Source of the DNA: Candidatus Saccharimonas aalborgensis
Lineage (GTDB): Bacteria; Patescibacteriota; Saccharimonadia; Saccharimonadales; Saccharimonadaceae
Reading direction: 5' to 3'
DNA: 32,000 nt
Assembly: GCF_000392435.1 (NCBI RefSeq)
Contig: NC_021219.1
Span: 900,001-932,000 of the forward strand
Part shown: positions 8,875 to 16,003 of the stretch, piece after piece
Position numbering within the stretch: position 1 is the stretch's first letter
Layout of the letters: every line of letters starts with the position of its first letter
Notes under the pieces: model-generated
The model's input: the letters and a program-made list of their open reading frames with translations, nothing else
The model's database searches: none
What the model was told of the DNA's origin: nothing
Translations under genes and position numbers: made by a program

Positions 8875-8993
8875 CTAAATCTCACCACCTCCCCACTCCG
8901 AACACCGGCCCGCCGCTAACTGATTAGCCTTCGCCTTGGCGGGCCTTGGCCCATCAGGGCCAACTGTTCGTCGGAGAAGATGGTGCGATTTAG
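8875..8993 (-). ncRNA. Unclassified structured RNA candidate (long closing stem plus two apical hairpins)
   Basis: Read on the minus strand, the closing stem pairs CUAAAUC.GCACCAUCUUCUCC..CGAACA with UGUUCG..GGGGAGGUGGUG.GAUUUAG. Hairpin 1 is UUGGCCC-UGAU-GGGCCAA (8946-8963). Helix 2 pairs GGCCCGCC with GGCGGGCC (8907-8945) and encloses GCUAA-UCAG-UUAGC plus a 9-nt bulge. Three G-U pairs on the minus strand would be A-C mismatches on the plus strand. The element is GC-rich compared with its flanks. Confidence 0.45.
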
Positions 8994-8999
8994 GTTATC

Positions 9000-9572
9000 C
9001 TACGGCTGGCGACCAATTTCGTAAGAACAAATATGAAAATTATTTGGGGCAGTTGTGTTGGTGACGATTGCATACCCCCCGATCGTACTCGGGCACGTGC
9101 CTTTGTCGCTAATGACCATATCGATCCGGACACTTTTGCTATCTGATCCACCCGTAGGGTTAAAATATGCGCCCCGATACCAATCATTTGGACTACTTAC
9201 GATGGCGGTTTGCATAGCTGGGGTGGGTTCACTACTCATATAGGGGCTCAGTGCCGTACTAAATGTACTATCACGAACAATTCCAGTGCTAGCTGATGAT
9301 TGCCTACATTGGTAGCCGGACATGTCAGCCTCACTCACACCATATTTATAATTAGTTCCAAGACAGCTCGTCATTGAGGGGAAACTGCCATTTCGAGCTT
9401 TGTACATCTGGATGGCTTTTACCCACTGGTTGACAGCAGTAGCTGTTTGACTATCGCGCGCTCTTGCCGAGGCAGTGCTGTATGACACGACACCAATAGT
9501 GGCAAGAATGACAATGATCACGATCACGATGACGAGTTCGACAATGGTAAATCCGCTTTTGCTTTTTGTCAT
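9000..9572 (-). CDS. Type IV pilin / pseudopilin (prepilin-type N-terminal methylation domain)
   Basis: N-terminus MTKSKSG/FTIVELVIVIVIIVILATIG: a G-F cleavage site, Glu at +5 and a hydrophobic helix. Confidence 0.85.
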   Translation of the reverse strand: MTKSKSGFTIVELVIVIVIIVILATIGVVSYSTASARARDSQTATAVNQWVKAIQMYKARNGSFPSMTSCLGTNYKYGVSEADMSGYQCRQSSASTGIVRDSTFSTALSPYMSSEPTPAMQTAIVSSPNDWYRGAYFNPTGGSDSKSVRIDMVISDKGTCPSTIGGYAIVTNTTAPNNFHICSYEIGRQP

Positions 9573-9609
9573 AGCATCAGTATAGACAGGTACGCAGTAT
9601 AATAAAAGG

Positions 9610-10323
9610 GTGAAACGTCTTGTAAAGAGTCATCAGCAACACTTTTTGAAGTATACGGGTCTCATCGCTGAGCTTATTGGTCATAGCACTATCCGTCCTC
9701 GTGATACGGTGGTTGATATCGGTGCGGGCAGCGGCGCGATTACTGCGGTCTTGGCACGTCGAGTGCACCAAGTTATTGCTTATGAGAACGAACCTGCAGC
9801 GGCAAAAAAACTCCGAAACAATATGCGGCAATTTAAAAATGTTGAGGTTATCGAGGAAGATTTTTTGAAAAGCTCTCTCCCGACCGTGCCTTATAAGGTA
9901 TTCGCAAATATTCCATTTTCCCAAAGTTCAGCCATTGTGCGTCGGCTCACCGAGGCACAGGTGGCTCCACGCGCAATTTATTTGATTGTCCAAAAACAAT
10001 TTGCGCGCAAACTCCTTGTCGAGAGTGACTATTTTCATGGCGCACTTGGTATTTCCATCGCGCCGTGGTGGCAGGCGCGGATTCGACGGCCCCTACGACG
10101 TACTGACTTCACCCCTCCGCCAGCAGTTGATACGGTGTTGCTTGAACTAAAACCACGAGAACCCGCTCTGCTGCCTCTGGAACAACGGGCTGATTTTATG
10201 AAGTTTATTGAGCAGTGTTACGCCGACCCACGGTACTATCAAAAAATCGGTGCACCTAAAGACAAGAAGCCGTCTCGCGTTAACGCTAGGCAGTGGGTAA
10301 ACTTATTTCAAAAAGCTATGTAG
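9610..10323 (+). CDS. Erm-type rRNA adenine N6-methyltransferase family protein
   Basis: GTG start, 237 aa. Motifs QQHFL, VVDIGAGSGAIT, YKVFANIPFSQSSAIVRRL, IYLIVQKQFARKLL and PPPAVDTVLLELKPR. Size and motif spacing resemble ErmC more than KsgA. Confidence 0.6.
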   Translation: MKRLVKSHQQHFLKYTGLIAELIGHSTIRPRDTVVDIGAGSGAITAVLARRVHQVIAYENEPAAAKKLRNNMRQFKNVEVIEEDFLKSSLPTVPYKVFANIPFSQSSAIVRRLTEAQVAPRAIYLIVQKQFARKLLVESDYFHGALGISIAPWWQARIRRPLRRTDFTPPPAVDTVLLELKPREPALLPLEQRADFMKFIEQCYADPRYYQKIGAPKDKKPSRVNARQWVNLFQKAM

Positions 10324-11314
10324 ATTTTAAAACGCGCAGCAGCTCATCGACTGATTCATCAAGTTGAAATTGTTTTTTGGCGTGATCACGTTCTTTCTTG
10401 GTGGCTTGACCAAGTGCAACGGCTTGCTTGATGCCGGTGAGGAGTGCTAATGGACTCCGCGGTTCGACTAGCGTCAGTAGCCCGCAGTTTGTTTCGGGCA
10501 GGCCACCAACATTACTGGCGACAACTCTACAGCCCGCGTGTTGTGCTTCAATCGAAAGCATGCCAAACGGCTCCGCAAAGACCGACGGCATCATGAGAAT
10601 ATCACTATGTGCCAAGAGCCTTGCCATTTGTTTGACTGATTTTTGCGCCGGCATGAGTTTTGCATATGGATAGTCCCGTAACATACGTGCAATTTCGCGA
10701 CCAGTGCCAACGTGCAACCCGGCCGTGACGAGTGTGACGTGGTAGCCGTTATGCCGCATGTCTTTGCTGTGCATCATTTCGAGGATAGTATAGATGCCTT
10801 TTTCGGGGTGGAGTCGACCGGCAAAGACGATGCGCGTGCGCTTAGTGGGTTTGCTGCGCGTCATGCTGCCATAGACCGGGTCGGCAAATGGCAACACGAT
10901 ATGGATACGGGCGTACGGTATATCTAGGTATAGCGCCCACTGCTGACCGCTATATACGCTGGTCGCAATGATAGTTCGACCGACGATGTAGAGCTTGTAT
11001 CGGTCACAGTCGGAGTCTTTCGGGATCGAGCAATGCAATATGATGGCGGCCTTGTGGCGTGTCGGTACATTGTAGGCTTTGTTGACGAAGACTACAGTGC
11101 CCGGTAGTTCGCTGATGTGTGCTTCGCTCCCGAGTGCAGTAAATGGAATGTCGGTGAAATCTTGTCGACCATCTTTGGTGCCGTGGCCGAGTGTCACTAC
11201 TTGGGCATCTATTCCGCGCCGTCGCAGCTCGCGGATGTGTCCTGCGGTGTAGGTTTCGGACCCACCAGTACCAGCGACCATCGGTTCACCGGGTGGCCAG
11301 ATAAATGAAATCAT
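10316..11314 (-). CDS. Glycosyltransferase family 4 (GT-B)
   Basis: The C-terminal motif EPFGMLSIEAQHAGCRVVASNVGGLPE is typical of GT4. Confidence 0.8.
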   Translation of the reverse strand: MISFIWPPGEPMVAGTGGSETYTAGHIRELRRRGIDAQVVTLGHGTKDGRQDFTDIPFTALGSEAHISELPGTVVFVNKAYNVPTRHKAAIILHCSIPKDSDCDRYKLYIVGRTIIATSVYSGQQWALYLDIPYARIHIVLPFADPVYGSMTRSKPTKRTRIVFAGRLHPEKGIYTILEMMHSKDMRHNGYHVTLVTAGLHVGTGREIARMLRDYPYAKLMPAQKSVKQMARLLAHSDILMMPSVFAEPFGMLSIEAQHAGCRVVASNVGGLPETNCGLLTLVEPRSPLALLTGIKQAVALGQATKKERDHAKKQFQLDESVDELLRVLKST

Positions 11315-11526
11315 GAGAAACCCCTTCTTTTAAGTTGTGTATTGAGCCAAAGGACTGTAAGAAGAGATATTTGGTAGTGAAATAAGAGGTCTTAGAATGA
11401 TCTAGCTACTTCTAGTATAACACAGTTGTAACCGAGTGACTGGATCGCCCTCTTTCCGTAGACATGACAGTAAAAGCAATGGCAAAGTTCACTTTTTTGT
11501 TGTGGCTTACCTCTTATTTTAAAAGA

Positions 11527-12201
11527 CTAAATGCTAAGTGATTTTGCGATATTCTCGAGATCGCTAATTATCTCCTTGGCTGAAGCCGACGAGTAATCAA
11601 TATTTGTTGCTGTTTGGGCTCCAGGAACTATTTGGTAGAGATGAATATACAGCTTCTTTCCGTTTAGCTGCAAATAGCAATTATCACCCGAGGGTGCGCA
11701 GGTCGCGAGAAATAACGTCGTTGGTGTTTTGAGGATATGTATAGTGGTGCCAGCCTTGGTTTTGACAGAACTGACAGCAGTAATCCCTTCATCAAATCTT
11801 TGTTCCATTAAGTTTGACTCAGAGCCTTCGTGTACAAATGAGCTAATAAGGTATTTTTCATTACCGATCGTCTTGACGATATTATATGGCTCAAACACCT
11901 TTTCGACTGACCAGCCTTTCGGTAGCACCACGGTGTAGAAGTCTTTAGAGGTTGTCCCATCACTTTTGCTTGGGTAAATTGAAACTGCACCAGAAGTATC
12001 TTTAGGTTGCTCTGTTTCTGTCGTTGTTTGTGTAATTTTTGTTTGATCAGATTGCTGTGCACTATTGCTGGCTGTGTTGTCGCTCGTCTTCGTTTCCTTC
12101 TGTTTATTAAAGAACATCCATCCTAGCACGCCAATCAACCCGACAACAACCACAACAAGCACTATTTCAACTACGCCAAACCCTTTTACGTTTTTACTCA
12201 T
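11527..12201 (-). CDS. Type IV pilin-like protein with a Thr/Ser/Gln-rich linker
   Basis: N-terminus MSKNVKG/FGVVEIVLVVVVVGLIG (Gly, then Phe, with Glu at +5), followed by the low-complexity stretch TKTSDNTASNSAQQSDQTKITQTTTETEQ. Confidence 0.65.
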   Translation of the reverse strand: MSKNVKGFGVVEIVLVVVVVGLIGVLGWMFFNKQKETKTSDNTASNSAQQSDQTKITQTTTETEQPKDTSGAVSIYPSKSDGTTSKDFYTVVLPKGWSVEKVFEPYNIVKTIGNEKYLISSFVHEGSESNLMEQRFDEGITAVSSVKTKAGTTIHILKTPTTLFLATCAPSGDNCYLQLNGKKLYIHLYQIVPGAQTATNIDYSSASAKEIISDLENIAKSLSI

Positions 12202-12381
12202 ATTCTTGCCCTTTCGATATAGTTTATTAGCCCTTACGCTTAGTTATAGCACAGGTAGGGTTTACAAGTTAAGAAAAACTACCACACGATAGGTTAGTTC
12301 TACTTTGAGTCATTGGCTATGTTACAATGATCCGTGGTTTATAAAATAATTACAGGTTCGCTTTTTCTGTTAAACACTTCA

Positions 12382-13248
12382 ATGAATACTCTAGTGGAAA
12401 AGTTAAGCTCTCATCAGCAAAGTACTCGCAATAAATGGCGTCACGAGCGACCACTGTCGAATCATGATTGGTGGATGTATCTTAGTCTACTGTTCTTGGT
12501 AATCGGTACTTTGCTAATGATTCCGCTTGGCCAGAAAATAGAGGGCGTGACTGTTCTGGGGGTTGGCGCACTGATGACCTTTGGTGCAACCCGTGCGTAT
12601 AGTCGACATGCGCTACTCATATTCTTGTCTATTGCAATTATTGGGGTTGCGCCAATAGGTACGAGTATAGATCTTATGCACATAATATCGATGGGCGCGT
12701 TGATAGGGCTAGCTGTGCTCATACCGTTTGTGGTAACACGATTCTTGTACAAAGAATCTGTAATACGCTTTCCAATCGGACGGCACACTTGGACCCGGGG
12801 ACACGTTGGGTATCTGCTTTTGGCGTGTATATTGAGTTATCTCATATTGCCGTATTGGATGCAGACGACGGGAGCGTATCAGAATTGGGTAGTTGAGAAT
12901 GACCCATACCATTTATTCATTTTGTTTCTTGGTACGAACGGCTTAGGCATTTGGGATGAGCTGTTCTTTATTGTTACGGTATTGGCGCTACTTAAACGGC
13001 ATATGCCGTTTCATCAAGCAAATCTTGTACAAGCACTACTATTCACCTCATTTTTATATGAGCTAGGGTTTCGTGGCTGGGCTCCATTTATTATCTATCC
13101 CTTTGCGCTGCTCCAGGGTCTAGTATTTCGTCGGACCGATAACCTGGTATATATTATTGCGATTCACCTGACGATCGATTTCGTATTGTATTTAGCTTTG
13201 ATCAATGCCCATCATCCTCAACTATTAAATATTTTTATAACAAGGTAG
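12382..13248 (+). CDS. CPBP/Abi-like intramembrane protease family protein (divergent), paralog 1
   Basis: Polytopic membrane protein with GIWDELFF, FTSFLYELGFRGW and AIHLTIDF (EE-like and HxxxD motifs). I prefer the ATG at 12382 (MNTLVEKL) over the ORF-track GTG at 12334. Confidence 0.45.
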   Translation: MNTLVEKLSSHQQSTRNKWRHERPLSNHDWWMYLSLLFLVIGTLLMIPLGQKIEGVTVLGVGALMTFGATRAYSRHALLIFLSIAIIGVAPIGTSIDLMHIISMGALIGLAVLIPFVVTRFLYKESVIRFPIGRHTWTRGHVGYLLLACILSYLILPYWMQTTGAYQNWVVENDPYHLFILFLGTNGLGIWDELFFIVTVLALLKRHMPFHQANLVQALLFTSFLYELGFRGWAPFIIYPFALLQGLVFRRTDNLVYIIAIHLTIDFVLYLALINAHHPQLLNIFITR

Positions 13249-13303
13249 CGCGGAGACAGCTATAGTAGTATATCTTTCACCTGCCAGCAGACAGTTTCTG
13301 GGT

Positions 13304-14056
13304 ATGGCCCTTCCCCTCGCTGGGGGTTATATAACGATAGTTACGCGGTTAAGTCAGGTGATCGGTTACATTCTGATTGCTCTATCACTTCTGGTACTAA
13401 TCAGTCTTCGTCACAGTCGAGAGCGTAACTATATGCTCTGGCTATGGTTGGGAGTGGCAATGCTAGCGATTACGCCAATTGGTACAGAGGTTAAGCCATA
13501 TTATTTAATATTTATGACCCTTGGCCTGGCGGCATCCGTCTTAGTACCTTATGGACTAGCTAGGCGTTATGATGAACATTCATTTATCCATCTTGGGCTT
13601 AACTTCCGTCGTCGCTGGACAAGAAACGAGGTTAAGTATGTGGTGTTTGCAGCGGTGATGACAGCATTTTGGCAACCGCTTTATTTTCTAACGACGAATG
13701 CCCATTTTAGCTGGCATATGGATACGACAGTCAACATTCTTGTATCGTTTGCGTCTATTATGGCGGTAGGCGTATGGGAGGAATTTTTCTTTATAGCCCT
13801 CGTGCTGGCCATTGCAAAACGCTACTTGCCGTTTTGGTTAGCAAACATTATCCAAAGTTCTATGTTTACGAGCTTTCTATTTGCTATGGGTTTTAGGGGT
13901 TGGATTGTCCCATTAGTTCTAGCTTATGCCCTATACCAAGGTTATGTATTCCATGTTACTCGGAGTCTTCTGGTGACTATAAGCATACACGTCATAGTAG
14001 ATATCATTGTGTTTATTTCATTGCTCTACAGTGCTCGCCCAGATTTGTTCAGTTAA
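13304..14056 (+). CDS. CPBP/Abi-like intramembrane protease family protein (divergent), paralog 2
   Basis: Motifs GVWEEFFF, FTSFLFAMGFRGW and SIHVIVDI. It is clearly paralogous to the upstream gene. Confidence 0.45.
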   Translation: MALPLAGGYITIVTRLSQVIGYILIALSLLVLISLRHSRERNYMLWLWLGVAMLAITPIGTEVKPYYLIFMTLGLAASVLVPYGLARRYDEHSFIHLGLNFRRRWTRNEVKYVVFAAVMTAFWQPLYFLTTNAHFSWHMDTTVNILVSFASIMAVGVWEEFFFIALVLAIAKRYLPFWLANIIQSSMFTSFLFAMGFRGWIVPLVLAYALYQGYVFHVTRSLLVTISIHVIVDIIVFISLLYSARPDLFS

Positions 14057-14310
14057 TCAAACAAATATCAAAAAGGCATGTCTTTGAAAATTTCAGCTCG
14101 GTGTGGTGAATCTTGTTGGTTGTGTGCTAGAAGGTTGACGAATTGCACTGTTTGAGCGTATTTCGGATCGTCTCAAAGTGAGCAATAATTGTGGTGAGCT
14201 CGGATCTAATTCCCTGAAACACCTTGACTAATCAACTGAGGCCTCTATCCTAGAGAGGCGTATCAAGCACCCTGCATCGCAGAATAAGTAAAGAGGCTAA
14301 TATACAGGAA

Positions 14311-14355
14311 AAGAAAATATCTCTTTTGTTCTTGTGGCAAAAGAGATATTTTCTT
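14311..14355 (-). terminator. Hairpin (17-bp perfect stem) inferred to be the displaced native terminator of tRNA-Gln
   Basis: AAGAAAATATCTCTTTT (14311-14327) pairs with AAAAGAGATATTTTCTT (14339-14355) around an 11-nt loop. On the minus strand the hairpin is followed by a U-rich tract (UUUUCUUUUCC, partly within the stem). It abuts the TTGGCT junction core. Confidence 0.55.
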
Positions 14356-14516
14356 GGCTCAATTTTACAACGAAGCTAGAACCTATTTCCAACACAAAGT
14401 CTAAACCAAGCCCCGCCAGACCTGACTTTTACAATTTTTCTATCTTTTACCCCCGCCGTACATCATTTTTAATTGAGAAAAAGTCAGGTCTGTCGGGTCG
14501 GTTGCGCTGGAGTGCA
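14354..14516. repeat. Repeat block L (163 bp), the reverse complement of 15559-15721
   Basis: Manual alignment gives 162/163 identity; the single mismatch is 14420 versus 15655. Confidence 0.9.
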
Positions 14517-14565
14517 GAATACCACACAATATCATGAGCTAACAGAGGTAAGAGCGTCGTAAGAG

Positions 14566-14594
14566 TTGACATAATAATAAAGTTAGTGTATAAT
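14566..14594 (+). promoter_or_regulatory. Consensus sigma70 promoter TTGACA-N17-TATAAT for the cargo gene
   Basis: Sequence ttgaca taataataaagttagtg tataat, then 10 nt, then the ATG at 14605. Confidence 0.65.
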
Positions 14595-14604
14595 GTCATT
14601 ATAC

Positions 14605-15393
14605 ATGTCTGAATGGAAAATAGCGACTCCCATAAACAAATTTGAGCACCTGGATAGTGGCTCACAGATTGACATTGTCTCTGTTGTTCATGTTGGCACG
14701 CCTGACTACTACAGAAAGTTAGGCAATTATATTACGACGAGACAAAATAATGGCTTTACTGTTCACTATGAGACAATTTCATCAGATGATAAAATGACTC
14801 CACCGACAAATCCTATAGAATCTCTAAAAACTAGAGTTCAAGAAGCCAGAACTGACATATCTGCCGATAATCTTATATTAGTAGAAGACTATAGCAATTA
14901 CACTACTCAGTGTGACTCTGATATGTTTAATATTTCAGATGCTGAAAATCACGATATCACAGAGGCTGATTACGTCCGCCGTTCAGGCCTTTTAACACTT
15001 ACGGGAAATTGGATTAATGCGCGCCGTTTAAACCATAAGCTAGAAAAAGCTGCCAACAGAGGATCGGATATTATGGACGAACTTATTTTTGACTTGCTCA
15101 AAAAGGACATAGATGCGATAGCAAACGGCACGCGGCGTAATAAAAGACGGGACGGGGTTACAATACATGCACGCAATCAGATAGCACTGGAAGGCATAGA
15201 TACTGCACTAGCCGATAACTCAGCGGCCAAGCTGTTACTGGTTTGGGGCATTGGACACCTTGCGGGACTGCAGTCTGGTCTAATATATAGAGGCTACGCG
15301 CTTACCGACCATGAAGAAGTTGACGTAGCAGTAAACTATGCTCAGCTGAGGCGTAATATGGACACAAATGAACTAGCGCTACAGCGGCCGTAA
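14605..15393 (+). CDS. TraB/GumN (TIKI-superfamily)-like protein, the element's cargo
   Basis: C-terminal AKLLLVWGIGHLAGLQSGLIYRGYAL matches the GAGHLxGxxGL...GY motif of GumN/TraB. The N-terminus has IVSVVHVGTPDYY...HYE. I moved the start from 14593 (which lies inside the -10 box) to 14605. Confidence 0.45.
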   Translation: MSEWKIATPINKFEHLDSGSQIDIVSVVHVGTPDYYRKLGNYITTRQNNGFTVHYETISSDDKMTPPTNPIESLKTRVQEARTDISADNLILVEDYSNYTTQCDSDMFNISDAENHDITEADYVRRSGLLTLTGNWINARRLNHKLEKAANRGSDIMDELIFDLLKKDIDAIANGTRRNKRRDGVTIHARNQIALEGIDTALADNSAAKLLLVWGIGHLAGLQSGLIYRGYALTDHEEVDVAVNYAQLRRNMDTNELALQRP

Positions 15394-15742
15394 GTGAAAC
15401 TTGGTAGATAATCGGTCATTATAAATAGACGCCTACCTAGCGTTGAGTAATGACCCAAATAGCGATGTAGCATGTAACTGACCATAAGGCTACAAGTATA
15501 AAGAATTGGAGCGCGGCATACGCTTTGGATTACTATCTATAATCATATTCAACTGCCATGCACTCCAGCGCAACCGACCCGACAGACCTGACTTTTTCTC
15601 AATTAAAAATGATGTACGGCGGGGGTAAAAGATAGAAAAATTGTAAAAGTCAGGGCTGGCGGGGCTTGGTTTAGACTTTGTGTTGGAAATAGGTTCTAGC
15701 TTCGTTGTAAAATTGAGCCAAATTCGGACTTTTTAGGAATTG

Positions 15743-15769
15743 GTCGCCCATTTGGGCGGCTTTTTCTTT
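15743..15769 (+). terminator. Intrinsic terminator inside block C
   Basis: GUCGCCC-AUUU-GGGCGGC followed by UUUUUCUUUG. Confidence 0.55.
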
Positions 15770-15823
15770 GGTTGCGCAGAGCGCAAGCCAGATGTTTTCT
15801 TGGGGGGGGGAATTGGAATTGGT

Positions 15824-15850
15824 GCGCGGCAGGAGCCGCGCTTGTTTTTA
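15824..15850 (+). terminator. Second intrinsic terminator inside block C
   Basis: GCGCGGC-AGGA-GCCGCGC followed by UUGUUUUUA. Confidence 0.55.
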
Positions 15851-15872
15851 GACCGCCGCAGGCGGTTTTCCT

Positions 15873-15881
15873 TGGTATAAT
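15873..15881 (+). promoter_or_regulatory. Possible extended -10 promoter (TGgTATAAT) for the recombinase
   Basis: tggtataat lies 122 nt upstream of the recombinase ATG. I saw no convincing -35 box. Confidence 0.3.
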
Positions 15882-16003
15882 GAAAGAGCAACCAACCAGT
15901 GAAGAATTGTTTTATTTGAGGGCTTTAATGGCCGTCTTGGACAATCTAGTTCTTCTAGGTTGGTTGCACCAGGACGGTCATTTAAGTTTTAGGGGGTGAA
16001 ACT

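Larger units (their letters stand above)
15559..15852. repeat. Central repeat block C (294 bp): inverted copy of L (first 163 bp) and of R (last 137 bp), overlapping at AGCCAA
   Basis: See blocks L and R. The two halves meet at 15716-15721. Confidence 0.9.

Noticed and set aside
8875-8993. Considered whether the structured element is SRP (4.5S) RNA, a hammerhead or twister ribozyme, or a known riboswitch.
   Set aside because: It contains GCCAAGGC and CUGAUG strings. It lacks the SRP helix-8 GGAA tetraloop and AGCA/AGG loops, lacks a proper CUGAUGA...GAAA hammerhead core, and has none of the riboswitch consensus boxes I can recall. I leave it unclassified. A cmscan search would settle it.
14057-14310. 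A 250-bp non-coding stretch between the second CPBP gene and the terminator hairpin, checked for a tRNA, an sRNA or a remnant of an older element.
   Set aside because: I found no cloverleaf or T-loop motif, no repeat shared with the element, and only weak hairpins (for example around 14243-14262). Nothing here is supportable.
14334-14665. ORF-track entries 14334..14537 (+) and 14447..14665 (-), which lie within repeat block L.
   Set aside because: They lie in the non-coding repeat and promoter region, have low-complexity products and no start signals. The same sequence occurs inverted at 15559-15721 without a conserved frame context.
15772-15999. 75-aa ORF upstream of the recombinase. A shorter 39-codon version starts at the ATG at 15880 and ends 4 nt before the recombinase start, so it could be a small directionality factor or a uORF.
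   Set aside because: The long version starts inside the repeat block and its terminators. The short version's ATG overlaps the putative -10 box and has no ribosome-binding site. There is no recognisable fold or motif, so I list it only as a possibility.
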